DNA of 56,511 nucleotides from Trichoplax sp. H2 (lineage: Eukaryota). Made by a program: the position numbers and the translations under genes. The DNA is taken from positions 1 through 56,511 of the forward strand of contig NOWV01000305.1 of assembly GCA_003344405.1 (NCBI GenBank), written 5' to 3'. This document shows, piece after piece, positions 14,601-27,600 of the stretch; position 1 is the stretch's first letter; the number at the start of each line of letters is the position of its first letter. A model generated the notes under the pieces. That model was not told the DNA's origin. It saw only the letters and a program-made list of their open reading frames with translations, and made no database searches.

Positions 14601-16025
14601 TGATTTTCATTGAGTGATTTGTTAAACCAATAACTACTATCATCATCGCAAATCCTAGCTTCATTATTATCATTGTTATTGAGGGATTTGTCAATGGATG
14701 TGTTATCAGAATAATGTTGTGGCTGAGATAATTTTTTCGTCCTGCCATCTACAGGGGCGTTTCCATAAATAATATCAATTAAAGGAGATGCGATGCCATC
14801 ACGATAATTGTCCAATTCTTTGATAGCTCTAATATATTAAAAAGACAAATAAAGTCTACTCAATGCTCATCGTAATGATTTCCGCTCATTACAGTACAGC
14901 AGATTCATGCATGAAAATATGATAATAGGATACAGTAAACAATTGTGTAGCATCGAAGAGTCGGCTTTACCCATTAGAGTATATGTAGATTGTGATTTAC
15001 ATTATAAAACAACACATTTGTCCTTTTTGTACTGTGTGTTAGATTGAGAATTTTATGGAGCTAATTATGCCCATTCATTACACTCGTATTAAATGTACTT
15101 ATAGGAGGAATAACATAGACATGAAAATATTATATTAAGCAATTTACCTTTACAAGAAACAATTTAGATATAAAATCTATCAAGAGTAAAATGATGATTT
15201 TAGCGATATTTTTATTACCTCTTTTGCCTGTTGTAGGTGACATCATTGCATAGTTTTATGATATCGTAGGTAGTTTGATAATCCACCTCTAATTGTTCTG
15301 CACTCTCATCCAATGCGATGCCAACTTGGGTATCGCTCACTTGATTAATAACACCTTGTCCTATATGCTGATTTCGATCGTTTGATAAGTTGATTCTGAC
15401 AATGTCCCCTAAATTAAAAGATTTATTATTTTTCAGTATTTTTAGGACATGACTATCATGTAGAGTCCAACTAGAATCATGTTTGTCGAGTTAGATTGTA
15501 TGTTTGTACAATTGTCTATTCATTGCTGTTGAGATAAATGTAGATAGTTGTCGGCTTCAGAATTAATTCATGTAATAACATGACATCAACTAGACAAGAA
15601 AGTTCTCATCATTTCATTTTTGAGATACTTGAGTCACAACTACGCGAAATAAGCTTTACCCTATCAAAAATCTTCCATTTCGATACCACAGATCCATCTA
15701 CTGTATACGTATTCAAATTGCCTTTACAATTTTAATCACAGAATTGAGTTGATCAATCCACTTTACCTGCAGTGAATTCATGAGCTGGCAATAACTGCCG
15801 ATTGTACTTATTAAACGTCAATAGTGTCCGTCCATATAATCCTGATCGACAATTGGTCAAATATAATTTGGATAAACATAGACCTAATTTTTCTAATGTT
15901 TTGCAATTTTTCAGCTCTCTTAATGCACGAGACTGGTGGAGTTCTTCTTGCCTCTCTAAAGCTAATAAGTCTAGCGTTTTACTAGTGAATGAATGAATAT
16001 CTTCAACAGCCTGACTACATGCCAT
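11684..16025 (-). CDS. IGHMBP2: DNA-binding protein SMUBP-2 / IGHMBP2 (UPF1-like SF1 helicase + R3H + AN1 zinc finger)
   Basis: Eight phase-consistent exons: 16025-15767, 15408-15219, 14828-14333, 14176-13593, 13504-13161, 13055-12814, 12723-12303, 12198-11684. Motifs: GPPGTGKT, APSNIAVDN, IIDEAAQ, QYRMN, SVDGFQGREKE, RRINVAVTRAR, R3H (SSYERRKVHEFAEALHLEHRS), AN1 (CQHCRRRFCFSHQLPELHGC). Confidence 0.96.
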
Positions 16026-16761
16026 ATTAACTCTGCAAGAACTACTTCCAACACGATAGAAATGGCAGATTTATATTCTCTACATCCTCCAACCACAACA
16101 GAATGTCTAAGGGTCTCTAATCCAGCTGATTCGATGATCTTCAATGAATGATTGCCTAGCAATGTGGTGCCTGGTTTCTATTTCCCAGGTCGGAACGTAC
16201 TGTACAGGAATTACTATGCTCTACTGAGTACTGTTCAGCACAGTATAGTAGCATACTGAGCGGACAACTTGAAGAAGACCTGGACGGATCATTCTTGGAC
16301 GGACGGACCATTTGGCCTTGCAAATCTTGCGCCAAACACTGCGTTGTGACAATGCTTTAGTATGAAGATGGTCGATGTTAAATGGACTGCTTTTTTTCTA
16401 AATGAAGTAATATTACGTTGAATCTTATTATCTGTCAGTAAGTTCTACTTGGAAATAGCTATATAAGATCGTCAATGTTATTAAAATTAGTACTAGGGAT
16501 TTAGAAAACCGACACGGATGATCCGTACTAGGTAGCCATTTTTCAATCTTGACAACCTCATCGATTTAGGAAAGTCTGTCTGTCCGAGTGATCACTTCAC
16601 GTCTGAGGGTAGTGTTGCGTACAGCAAGAAAATATAGAGGGTTTCTATTGCTTTCGCGTTCGATTTTAATAACTGTATTGATTTCCAGTTGAATCCAAGC
16701 AATGGCGTCATCGCCTTGTAATGCCAATGGAAGCACTTAAGTAGAAAGCAGGTAGAAAGTA

Positions 16762-17080
16762 AGGGTGATCGTATGGCAATCAAGGTCTATTTAAGCACCT
16801 TAGCTATCCTACAATATTGTAAATTGATCGTCATCGATCATGGACTACCTATGTCTAGTATCCAGTCTAGGCAAAGTTGGCCATAATTGCATTGCCAGTC
16901 CGCATCAGAATTAAAGTGTAAAAAGTGCAAGGGTGATAGTATGGCAATCGAGTTCTATTTGAGCACCTTGGGTATCATACAGTATTTATCGATTCATTGC
17001 CATCGATCATGGACTACCATGCAGTATCCCAGTCGAAGTTGGCAATAGTTGCACCGCAAGTCCATATCAGAATTAAAGTG
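16762..17080. repeat. Two-copy ~167-bp tandem duplication
   Basis: AAGGGTGAT.GTATGGCAATC..CATCGATCATGGACTACC..ATCAGAATTAAAGTGT at ~16762 and ~16929. Confidence 0.8.
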
Positions 17081-17969
17081 TCATTGCATGGCAGAGATTA
17101 AGGGTATTGTAGAGCTAACATGAAACTATCGCGCCTTCTTTCCCTCTCTTTCTGTTCATGAACAGCAAGCAGACAGGAAAATACTGACGCATAGCAAATG
17201 CAATAGATGACATGAGGTTTTGCACATTGGATACTACTCTGTATAGGTAGAGGGGAAAAAGAATGTCACCCATTAGGATGATTGCGCACTAAGAGATACC
17301 ATACCTTCATATCGAGGATTTGTGGATGCTAAAATAAGTCAATAACGTATTTACGTATTTATTCTATCGATTTTCTCCAGCATTGCGCGGTTTATACCTA
17401 TCTAGGAAGCATAGGAAGCATACAGTATATATACATACAGTAGTAAGAAATAATCTAGCTGGGAAATTCTTTTTAATGTATTGCTTTATGTAGAATACAT
17501 ATATACAGTATATACCTATCGATTTGAACGGGAATTTACCTACAGTAGTTAGTAATCATAATTTTCTATGCTAATTTACAGTAAAGACTTTCTCGAGTGT
17601 CTCTAATTTGCAGTATAGTAGCTGGTTTGGCCACAAGAGTACATGATTTATTCATTTTTATTTTGTAGGCTACGACTATTCAATGACGAGCAAAACTTAT
17701 GTCATGTAAAGAGTAGTGTTTACACTAGGCAAAAGATCAATATACCTGACATGACTTTTTGTCGAGTCTGGCATACAGCAAGACGGACGGAATATACGAG
17801 ACAGCGAGAGTGTACTGTATCATGCATTCAATACTGTCACTAACATTGTATGAAAGGAACAACCAGTCCGCTCGAGTTGATTTGCAACTGCTTTTACTAC
17901 AGCATAACAGACCCCTCCGAAAATCCTCGCTCCTAATTGCTATGGTCACCATCAAGGCAAATTCATAAA

Positions 17970-20900
17970 ATGAATGAGCTACCCGCTACCGCTGATTACT
18001 GCGAAATATGTAGAATTAATCATTGCTGTGGTAAGAAACATAAATACTCCAATAAGCATAAGAAAAAAGTAGACATTCTATTGGAGAAATTTCAGCAACA
18101 TGTAAGTTACAAATTGTAGCCTTCATTTATATGCGTATTGAAGCACCAGCTACTGCAGTATCCATTATAATGTATATATACATGCTTGCAATTTGCATTA
18201 GAAAGTGGCAACTTGATAAAAGTTTATAGGTGTGATGATTGATTCCTTCGTTCCTGTCCATGACCTGATCTGTATAACAGTGGACATATAGATTTCTAGA
18301 ACTGTCTACTGTTAAATGAAATAGCATGACAAGTTGGAACGATCGGACAGTTGTTAATATTTCATGACACCCTCTGGCTTTTCACTATATCAATCTAGAT
18401 TACTAATCTTCAATGATTGTATGACTTGTAGATTGCAAGCATTCGAGAATTTCTGGTAAAGCCGGTAGTAGAAGATGGCGATTACCAGACCAATTTAACC
18501 TTTTGGTGCCATATTTGTAGATCGAGTGTAACTAAAAATATCACCAATGATCAAGTAACTGTTATAAATGGTGGTAGTTTGGAACATTTGGCAAGGTTAG
18601 TAATCATGAAAGCATTCAGTCTTGTACTATAGAAATTGAACGTTGCTAACAGTATTTATCTTACCTGAAATGATACGTTATCTTACAGTTCTGAACATTA
18701 CAAGAATATGCATAAGTTTTGGATTCGGCATGGCATCGACAATAATAAGAAAAAGGAGTTTTACATCTTAAAAGATGATTTCTCCAAGTAAGAACAAAGT
18801 AGCTGAGATAATGTTATATCAATACGAGATATCCTACTCGAATTCCGCTATCACTTGATTTAATAGTATTCAAATACTATCGTAAATGAATAACCCAAGT
18901 TTACAGTAGAATTAAAAAATAGCCATCATGTTCGTTATCTTATTAGCGGTCCAGCCTGTGTCATAACCTGTAATATTGCTATAGTCTAATACAGTGTAAA
19001 TTCATAATAGCAGTATAAAATAATATTAGATTATACGTAGAAATCCAACTAGTCTTATCTCGTACCTCTGTAATTGTAGTACTAATTTTTAATAATGAAA
19101 ACTGTAACAGATTTTAATTCGTACAGTGTGTATGCAAGAAAGATTTTAAAAATATCAAGATCTCGTAGATGTCTTTGATATCTTAAATGAATCATGAGTA
19201 ACTCATCGTCAGGCATTGTTACTATAGCTTTAATCGTCTGACCTTAATTTCATTAGTGGATTGTTTATGTCATTAATCAACTTATTAAATTTAAGGTATA
19301 AAGTCACACTAGATCAGGTATTGGGGCAAATGTTCGATAAACGAGAAGAAGATACCCTCAAGGTAGACCATATGATTAATGCATAAGAAGAACGAATGCC
19401 TGTACCATTAGTAGATAGTTTACTAGAATAGAGTAATAGGACGTTTCTTTATTTTGCAATTGTAGCTGGCTCAGGAAATCAAGCAACAGGAGCAAAACAG
19501 GACTAGTATAAGCAAGGTGCGATATGAAATCAAAAAGACGAAATCCTAAAGTCGCTTATACTGCTAGTATCCTAAAATCAAACCGCCTTACATTACAGAC
19601 GGTCACTATTATTAGCCCCTTAATGATGTACTTTATCAATTTATCTTCAAAAACTATTCCTGAATTTGATTTAGCTTCATCAAGATGTACAACATCACGC
19701 TGTTACGTATACTACGGTCACTAGCTCTCTTGGTATTTTACAAAATCCGACCGGATGGTTAGACTGCTATTATTGAGATAATAGCACCTGTATTCTATTA
19801 TTCGTATTATAGCAACAATTCTGTGTTAAACACACCTTATTAATTAACTGAATAATATTTTATGTAGGCATGATGGCACTCGAGTTTGGGGTGGTGGCAT
19901 TGTAAAATACAGGTTATTTAAGCGTATTCTACTTACCAATAATCCATAATACGTATTCAATGAAAGCCTTCAGTGCATGAGCCTCAGTGGTAAAGGAATG
20001 ATTTTTAAATTATTACATTATATCTTTCAGCCGGCAATCTGATCAGTGGTTTCCTTGGCCAATTGATCTTGACGAAGAATCATGTTAGTTAAATGTTGTA
20101 ATTTTCTTTATGTTAATTCTAACCATAATTCTGCTAACATTTCTTACATTGAACAAACTATACTGTACAATGGTCTTGCAAAGCAACAATAAAGTTAAAT
20201 ATATCTTGTAAATTTTAAATAGGTAAAGTTCCCGTTCCGATTGTAAGTGCCAGAAAGTATATACTTTGCTGCTATTGAGCTTCCGTCTTCATATCATTTT
20301 GTAAGCTTTTAATTCTGTAAATTTTTACAAAATTCAAACTTGGCCATACAAATAGGACGATGAAAATGAAGGCAATATTCTATCTGGTAAGCAATGGTAA
20401 AATTTACAATTAAATGCGATATTAGAATCATTGTGAGCTTCTAAATGTCTTCGTTGATCTGTATGGTTGTATTTTATAGGAGCTACACCCCCTTGGTTGC
20501 TACCGGATGAGGTGTGACAAGACAAAAATTTATTTAATCATGTCAATAACTTAAGATTTCAAAACAGAGCGATCTTAAGTGATCTTAATGTCAATTTTCT
20601 TTTGTGAGAAGGATCAAAAACAAGAAATTGGCCCTTCTCAAGAAGCCTTCCAACAGCAAGGTATAGTGTGTTTCTTGCCGAAGTACCTTACCTAGACTAT
20701 GATTGCAACAGTAACTGAAAACAATTTCTGCTGTATATCATTGTAACAGTAGCAAACGAGGAGGCTAAAAGAAAAAACCCTAAAAGAATAGGAGCTAACT
20801 ATGATAGAACAACGACCATTAATGAAAACTGGTAAGTTTTATTTTGTTGCTGTGAGAAACTTGCATAGAAATAAGACTAGATTTTCACTTTGTAATTATT

Positions 20901-20989
20901 CGGTGTATAGGCTTCCACTGTTTGGACAGGTATGGAATTCTGGCCCTCGTTCTCATTCGCGACATGACTTTAAGCATCGCAGAAGGTGA
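17970..20989 (+). CDS. CCDC84: CENATAC / coiled-coil domain-containing protein 84 (minor-spliceosome factor)
   Basis: Fourteen exons: 17970-18101, 18432-18595, 18689-18787, 19296-19362, 19466-19516, 19675-19757, 19868-19912, 20031-20083, 20223-20242, ~20356-20386, 20480-20511, 20609/20612-20660, 20750-20831, 20911-20989. N-terminal zinc fingers CEICR..H.YS.KH and WCHIC...LEHLASSEH..KFW. C-terminal motifs GNILSGATPPW, IGPSQEAF, KRIGANYD and WLPLFGQVWNSGPR match recalled human CCDC84 motifs. Confidence 0.92.
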
Positions 20990-21671
20990 AACTCGTTAAG
21001 TTTTATTAATCAAACTTTACAGCACGATTAAAATGTTTGCTGAAGCAACTTGCTGTGGTTTAATTGTTCAATTCTATTGGTGTCTTGGGATTAGAAACTA
21101 ATAATTCCATAATTTATTTATATTAATAACTTAATTAAATATTTGTACATAATGTGATATATTGTTTTATTTGTCGTAATAAAAAGGTTGTAGGTATTTA
21201 TTACCGTATTGTTACAAAAGTAGACTAATTAGATCAAACTAATAGTAGTTCAATATAAATTAGGGAATATGTTAAATTGCGATTAAAACTTCATTTACAC
21301 GATAAAAAAAAGTAACTACAAGTGTATAAGCAATACCGTAAGGCATTTCTTGCCTTAGCTGACGTTTTTAATACATCAGTTCATCGAAAAAAATTATAAA
21401 AAATTTAATGTCCATACCTAGATATATTCGTATATATATTTATATATATATATTGTATACATTAAACAGAACAAACACAAAATTAGTGCTAATGAGCATT
21501 TGTATATAAATAACTTCTTGGCTATCAAAAAATAGCCTATATACATCTTTCAAAAGTAAATATAAAAGTTTAAATTTTTTGAAATTGAATTAAATTTTTT
21601 GGAAGAATAATTAGTAATTATATTTGTATCACTTCAACACATAATCTGCACTAAGTTCTATATTTGTATGA

Positions 21672-24600
21672 TTATTTGCTGCCAAGGGAAGATATCGATT
21701 CGAAAAAGAACTTCAATAATATATCAGCCTAAGAAATGCGATATACGTAACAATAGTTACTGTTATTGAGTAGTTAATAGGCCAGAGACAGATAATACTG
21801 CTCTACGCAGATTGAATTTGCTATTAAATCCTAGTTATGTAAATTGTGTCTTAAATAAATTTCAAGAATAACCTCTTTTTCCGCCTTAGCCATGAAAATT
21901 TCTTTCTCGTGCTTCTTAATAATTGAATTTTGATCAAATCTGTACATATAAAAGAGTCATTAACTGCTTTTATTTCGTCATAAATTTCTATTTAATTGAT
22001 TTGTATCTGCTAGAACTAATATACCTCTCGCAAATTCGATTGCGAAGGCTCTATTTATTACAATCTCGTACAATACCTTTCTATGATGCTATCGAAGCAA
22101 GAGATAGCATTATCCCTTTCTGCTGCCATGATTAGACATGGAGCTTGTGTTAAAAGTCCCACCTGTAGAATAGAACGATCTGACTTAGCGATTAACATCG
22201 ATAAAAAGTTTTAAAATTAACTACTAATGACAAAGGAACTTCATGATGAGAGTAAGTCTATTCCAATTTTCTAACAGTAATGTCGATAATTGATCGATTC
22301 AAGGATTTTGAAAGGAAAAGTGTAAATGATATCATAAAAATATCGAACCTTTTGTCCAGAATTTTGCGATTTATGATCTATGATCATGTGGAAAAATTGT
22401 GCGTGATCCACGGTAAGCCAGATCATTCGCATGGCTTTTACTTCAAAATTAGCCGACTTGAGGATGTCCAATATTTGTAGGAAAGCAAATTTTGATAATT
22501 TTTGAAGTAATGGTGGCGCCAGAAGTATGCATGTTATTTGTCGTAGGGATAGCTAAGAATGAATAAAGAAATAGACCCAAAATAGATTATAGCATGTATA
22601 GCTGATTTATTATCGTAAACTTAGATCTAATCCAAATAGTAAAAAATTGACCAAATTATCATCTAAAATTAAAGCGGAACTGAAAGCAAAGCAATACTCA
22701 CTGATGATAAATTTGACGATTGCAGTGAAGATTTTGATTGAGCTTTCGCTTGCATTTTTTGAAGATGGCGACGTTGCTTATATGATTCTACTGTCGCATC
22801 TACTGCTCGGCAGATAATCTATATATAAATAGGGTGGCCATTTTTTAAATATATGGAGATTACCTTATTTGAATAATTTAATTTACCTTTAAAGGCAAAG
22901 TGTAATGTGGCAGGATATCATGACATATTGCATATATAACGTTACATTTTAACTGGGTATATAGGGGGAGTTAGTAGCTATATTCAACATAGACTAGCTA
23001 CCTAATCGCTAAACCTAAGGTACAGCAGTCATAAATCGTGAATTTAAATAAGTTAAACACAGGAAATTAAAAGGGCAAATAGAAGCAATATATTCCATGG
23101 CTCCATTTACATTTTATCGGATAAATAGCGGATGCAAAGTTTCATCTAATAGGGAATTTCAATCCAATATAACTACTAGATCTTTAGTACAATAATGTGT
23201 AGTTGTTGTAAGGGTTAAGTTTAATAAAATTTTGTTGAAAGAGACTTAATGGCTAGGCTAAGGTAAGAGTACACATAAATCGGAATTTTTAGCTACTAGA
23301 GCTAAGTGACAGTGGTTATAACCTATGCATGTAATGGAAATATTACTACGAAGTATAATTACTACGCTGAAGCATAAGAACATCTGATACGGAATTCCTA
23401 GCTGCCAAGTCTAAAGTTTACTATATATAACCTCTAAATTGATTAAATATCTGATGCGGAATTTCTAGCAGTTAGGTCTAAGGTATACTATATATAACCT
23501 CTAAATTTCAAGAAAATATTGTTGATGATGTATACAATATATCAAATAATGCGATGAATAAAATCAATAAACATAGACGTGGGATGAAAAGTAAATTTAC
23601 GACTTAAAGTATCACGTTGCGATCTCATTCACGATTATCATTAATAATTATCTCAAAATAAGGATTAATCATTGAGTTTATTACTACATTGGAATAAATT
23701 AAAAAAATGAAAATTTTTATTTATGCCCATAACTGTTTTATTATATCGATAGAGTATTAGTTATGCAATGGAAGAACTCTGTAATTTAAATTTTAGCTCA
23801 TAATTATACCTGCTCATACTGTAAATACGGATTAAATGGACAGCATAATCCTTCTGGAAAGAGCAACTTGACATCTTGTATTGCCTGCATATAGGATGTT
23901 GAGCCTGTAATATCAAAATCCGTTGTTAATTTCGTATTTTAATTATAACCGATCAAGATATAATCTCAATAATCTCCTATTTACAGTATAGGCCGTTATG
24001 GATGATATTTTGACCATATTGAGAACGCCAGCTAAATCCATCCAATTTTCGAGCTTCATCAGGATTTTCCGGACCAGCCAAATCTAATAATTTCTTAACG
24101 GCATTAACACGCTGTAAGCACAGGACTATCGACGGACCAGCGGTTAGATGATCGATCTAGTATCAGTTACAAGCATTACACAGATTTAAAGACAACTCAG
24201 ATATCATATCAGACTATTCTGGAATATGATAGAAAAAATTCATGGCTTCTATAGGAAAATACTTGAAAAATAAACTCTGTACTAGAATAAGTAAAACTAA
24301 CATGTTCTTCCTTCCTTGGAAGATCTGTTGCCACCAATTTAATTGCAGTATCATGAGTAAGAACGCATTGCTTTAAACCAACTATTCGGAAAGACTTTTG
24401 AACGATTTGTCTTAAAATTTTATTAACTTTATGGAAAGCATCAGGTTTAATGACCAGGATAGTTACAATACTAATGGGTTGAAGGAATATCTTTTCCAGA
24501 AATTTAACTATAATATAAAAATAAATTAAATTTGTGTTCATTACTACTCTAGCTTACTTACACACACACACTTAAGCGAAATTATAGATAATTGCTATTA

Positions 24601-27600
24601 AATAGTAATTTTGGCATCCTTTAGGCTGGCAATTCACATTCAATAACACTTAGCAATATGCTAACTGTCTATGATAAGGACATGTTAGATTTCGATCAAG
24701 AATCAGTTTTACGAAAATCGTTAAAAAATTATGGAGTAATATATACTTCGAGCGCAACTTAATTATCAAATGCAAGAAAATGAATTTAAACGGATGGCTA
24801 AGGTTAAAAATGAGAAAATTGGATTATAAAAGGTACTAGCTTACCTTTACTGAATTCGGTCGAGGCTGGAGCTTTCTTGCTACGATTTTTTCTCTTTTTA
24901 CTAGTATTTGCTTCTCTCCAATCATCATCAGAATCCTCCTCTATCCATTCATATTCCTCATCCAAAGTACTGGGGATATAAGGTAAAATTGTACGAAGAC
25001 TGTCGTTGACTGCTAATTCACGATTACGAAAGATTAAGCTTGCTTGTCGATAGGCAATTTCCGGAGATTGTGAAATAAGGATAGAAAATGTAAATGTCGA
25101 TGCTTGGATTTGAGCTACGTTCTTACTTAGCAGCTGGAAAGCGTCGATAGCTGCAATGTAGTATACAAATTAGGACAAAAACAAGATAAATATTAAGTCG
25201 TATAAGTTATTTTCACGCGGATATGGAAGCATCGTATAAGCAATTATTTCTTTTTATTGGGTTACAATATTTAAATTATATACTGCAGTCATTTTTGATC
25301 GATTCTAAAACCTGCTATAGGTAAATCATTTTCAATCTTAATGATTCTGTACAGTGAATGTAATATATGGTAATAAAGGCATGCTACTAATTTAAGAATC
25401 TTAGTGCAGCTGGATTTTATAAAATAGTTACTTTTAAATTGATATAGAAATATTATAGCAGGTCAATTTTGAAAGTTAGGTTAGAGCATTGAATTACGTA
25501 GCAGCATTATTTTTAACTTGATAAGTCAAAATACAATGCGAAAATAATGAATTTTACTAGCTTAGAGTGTCTAAATGTCTATAAAATGATTATATCCAAG
25601 TGGATATTTTGAAGATATTATGGGTAACTAATCAATTTGATTAGTGTAGAAGACTTGAAATGCTTAGAAATAATTATTTTTCAGGATCATTTTATAATCT
25701 GCCATAACTGATTAGTTTTCTGGTTTCGGGTTCTTTTATTGTGTAGGATAATTATTTTTAAGTCGATATTGTAAATTAATGTAAGTAAAGAACTATTTTA
25801 CTAACGTAGAGTGTTTCAACTACAGGTACATTATTTTATTGTGCTTGCTTAGAACATTAAATGCTGCATTTTAAAGTACTAACCTCGGATCAAAATGGAT
25901 ACTGCAGGCCTACCAATCATAGCCTGAATACTTTCTTTATAGCCAATATGGCCTACCTCAAACTGCGATAATTCACTAGCAATCACCGCTGGCAATTGAG
26001 GGATATATTTCAGCCCAATAATCTCTAGCCGACGTTGCAAGACCGTTTCTTCTCCGACCTGATTATGAATTAATTGGGCCATAGCATCCGCACATAGCGA
26101 TAGTTGCTTAATAGAGGTAAAATTGACAACAACAACTTGCTCATAATCGGGATAGGAATAAAATGGTGGAAGATTACAATTTAATAGGATTGGATTAGTA
26201 GAAGGTAAGAGGCTAAATTGTCTTGTTATCGATTTTAAATTCTCATCATGATAGGGTAGAATTTTAATTAAATCGCCAGTATTAATTTTACCATCATGGT
26301 TTTGAATCCAAGGTGTTAAATGTCGAACAATAATTTCAATTAATTGAGAAGATTGATGAAGAGCATTTTCACGTCGTAAATGGAGAAATGTGACACTTGG
26401 CGGATAAGCGACATTGTTTTTAATTTCTCCCTTGAATTTCCAATGATCATTTGAGTAATATTTTTGCATGGATAAACTTGCAATCTGTCCATGGGTTAAA
26501 CTAGTCCTATGCATATCTTGTAAAAGAAAGCCATGGCTCAAGCATAGCTTTATAATCTGAGGTAGATGATCAATAGGTATCCACGGAGACAAGATTAGCA
26601 CAATACTTGTTTCAACACAAGCTGCTAACAGGAAAATATCTTGTTGACAATTTAATGTGTCAGTAAGAACTTGACCATGCTGATCCAGTGGTATTCGACC
26701 ACCGAAAATTTGGCATAATTCATCTAATGATCTCAACTTTGAATTGGTACAACTGACTAATGGACGATTACTTTGTCGTATTGGACTGCAATATAAGGCA
26801 GATAAAGATGTTGGATCCGTTCGTCGAGCTAGATTAGCATCTAATGGGCCAAGAATTTGGCGGCATTTTTCAATAGCTAAAGGTCCACGTAAGGCAATAT
26901 AAAGTGTTGGCATCCATTGATGATGACGATCTGGAGATGAAGGATCATATAATAGTCGTAGTCCACTAATATCAAAGCCTTGGCTCCAAAATTCGTAAAA
27001 AAATGCAAAATTAGTTTGTGGATTACTATATAATTCATGCTGTAGTCTTAAGATGGTCGTCTGAAATGGATATTCATACGATAATGTCGAATCTTGATAA
27101 CTTTTACTATCTATAGAATCATCTGTATCTAATGTTATCCAAAAGTAGCTATGACGATGATCTAAGCATTGCTGGATAGTCTTTGCATCAGTTTCTACTT
27201 TAATAAAACTAGATATAGATTGATTGAGTAAAAGATGGAGACCGTCTGGTAAATGAAAATTCACTTGTTTACACTGGGCAATAACATGATTATCCTTCTT
27301 GATAATCCAAGGAAAGAGCTTGTTAAAGTTGGTTGTCGACAGATATTTATAAACACTCTGATAGAAACTTTGTCTAGAATCTCTCCTTTTACGAGTTTTA
27401 CTATCATCGAGTTCTTGCTGTTGATGTCGATTTAATTTTTGGCTTGCTGATTCAGTAATAACAACATCGATAGATAATTTGCCATTTATTGTAACTTGTT
27501 GTAATCCAACAACAATAAAAGGCGGCAAAGATGCTAATTTATCAGGGTAATTGGATGTTGCTTTATTCAATAAGGACAGAAGCCATGTTAAAATCAATGA

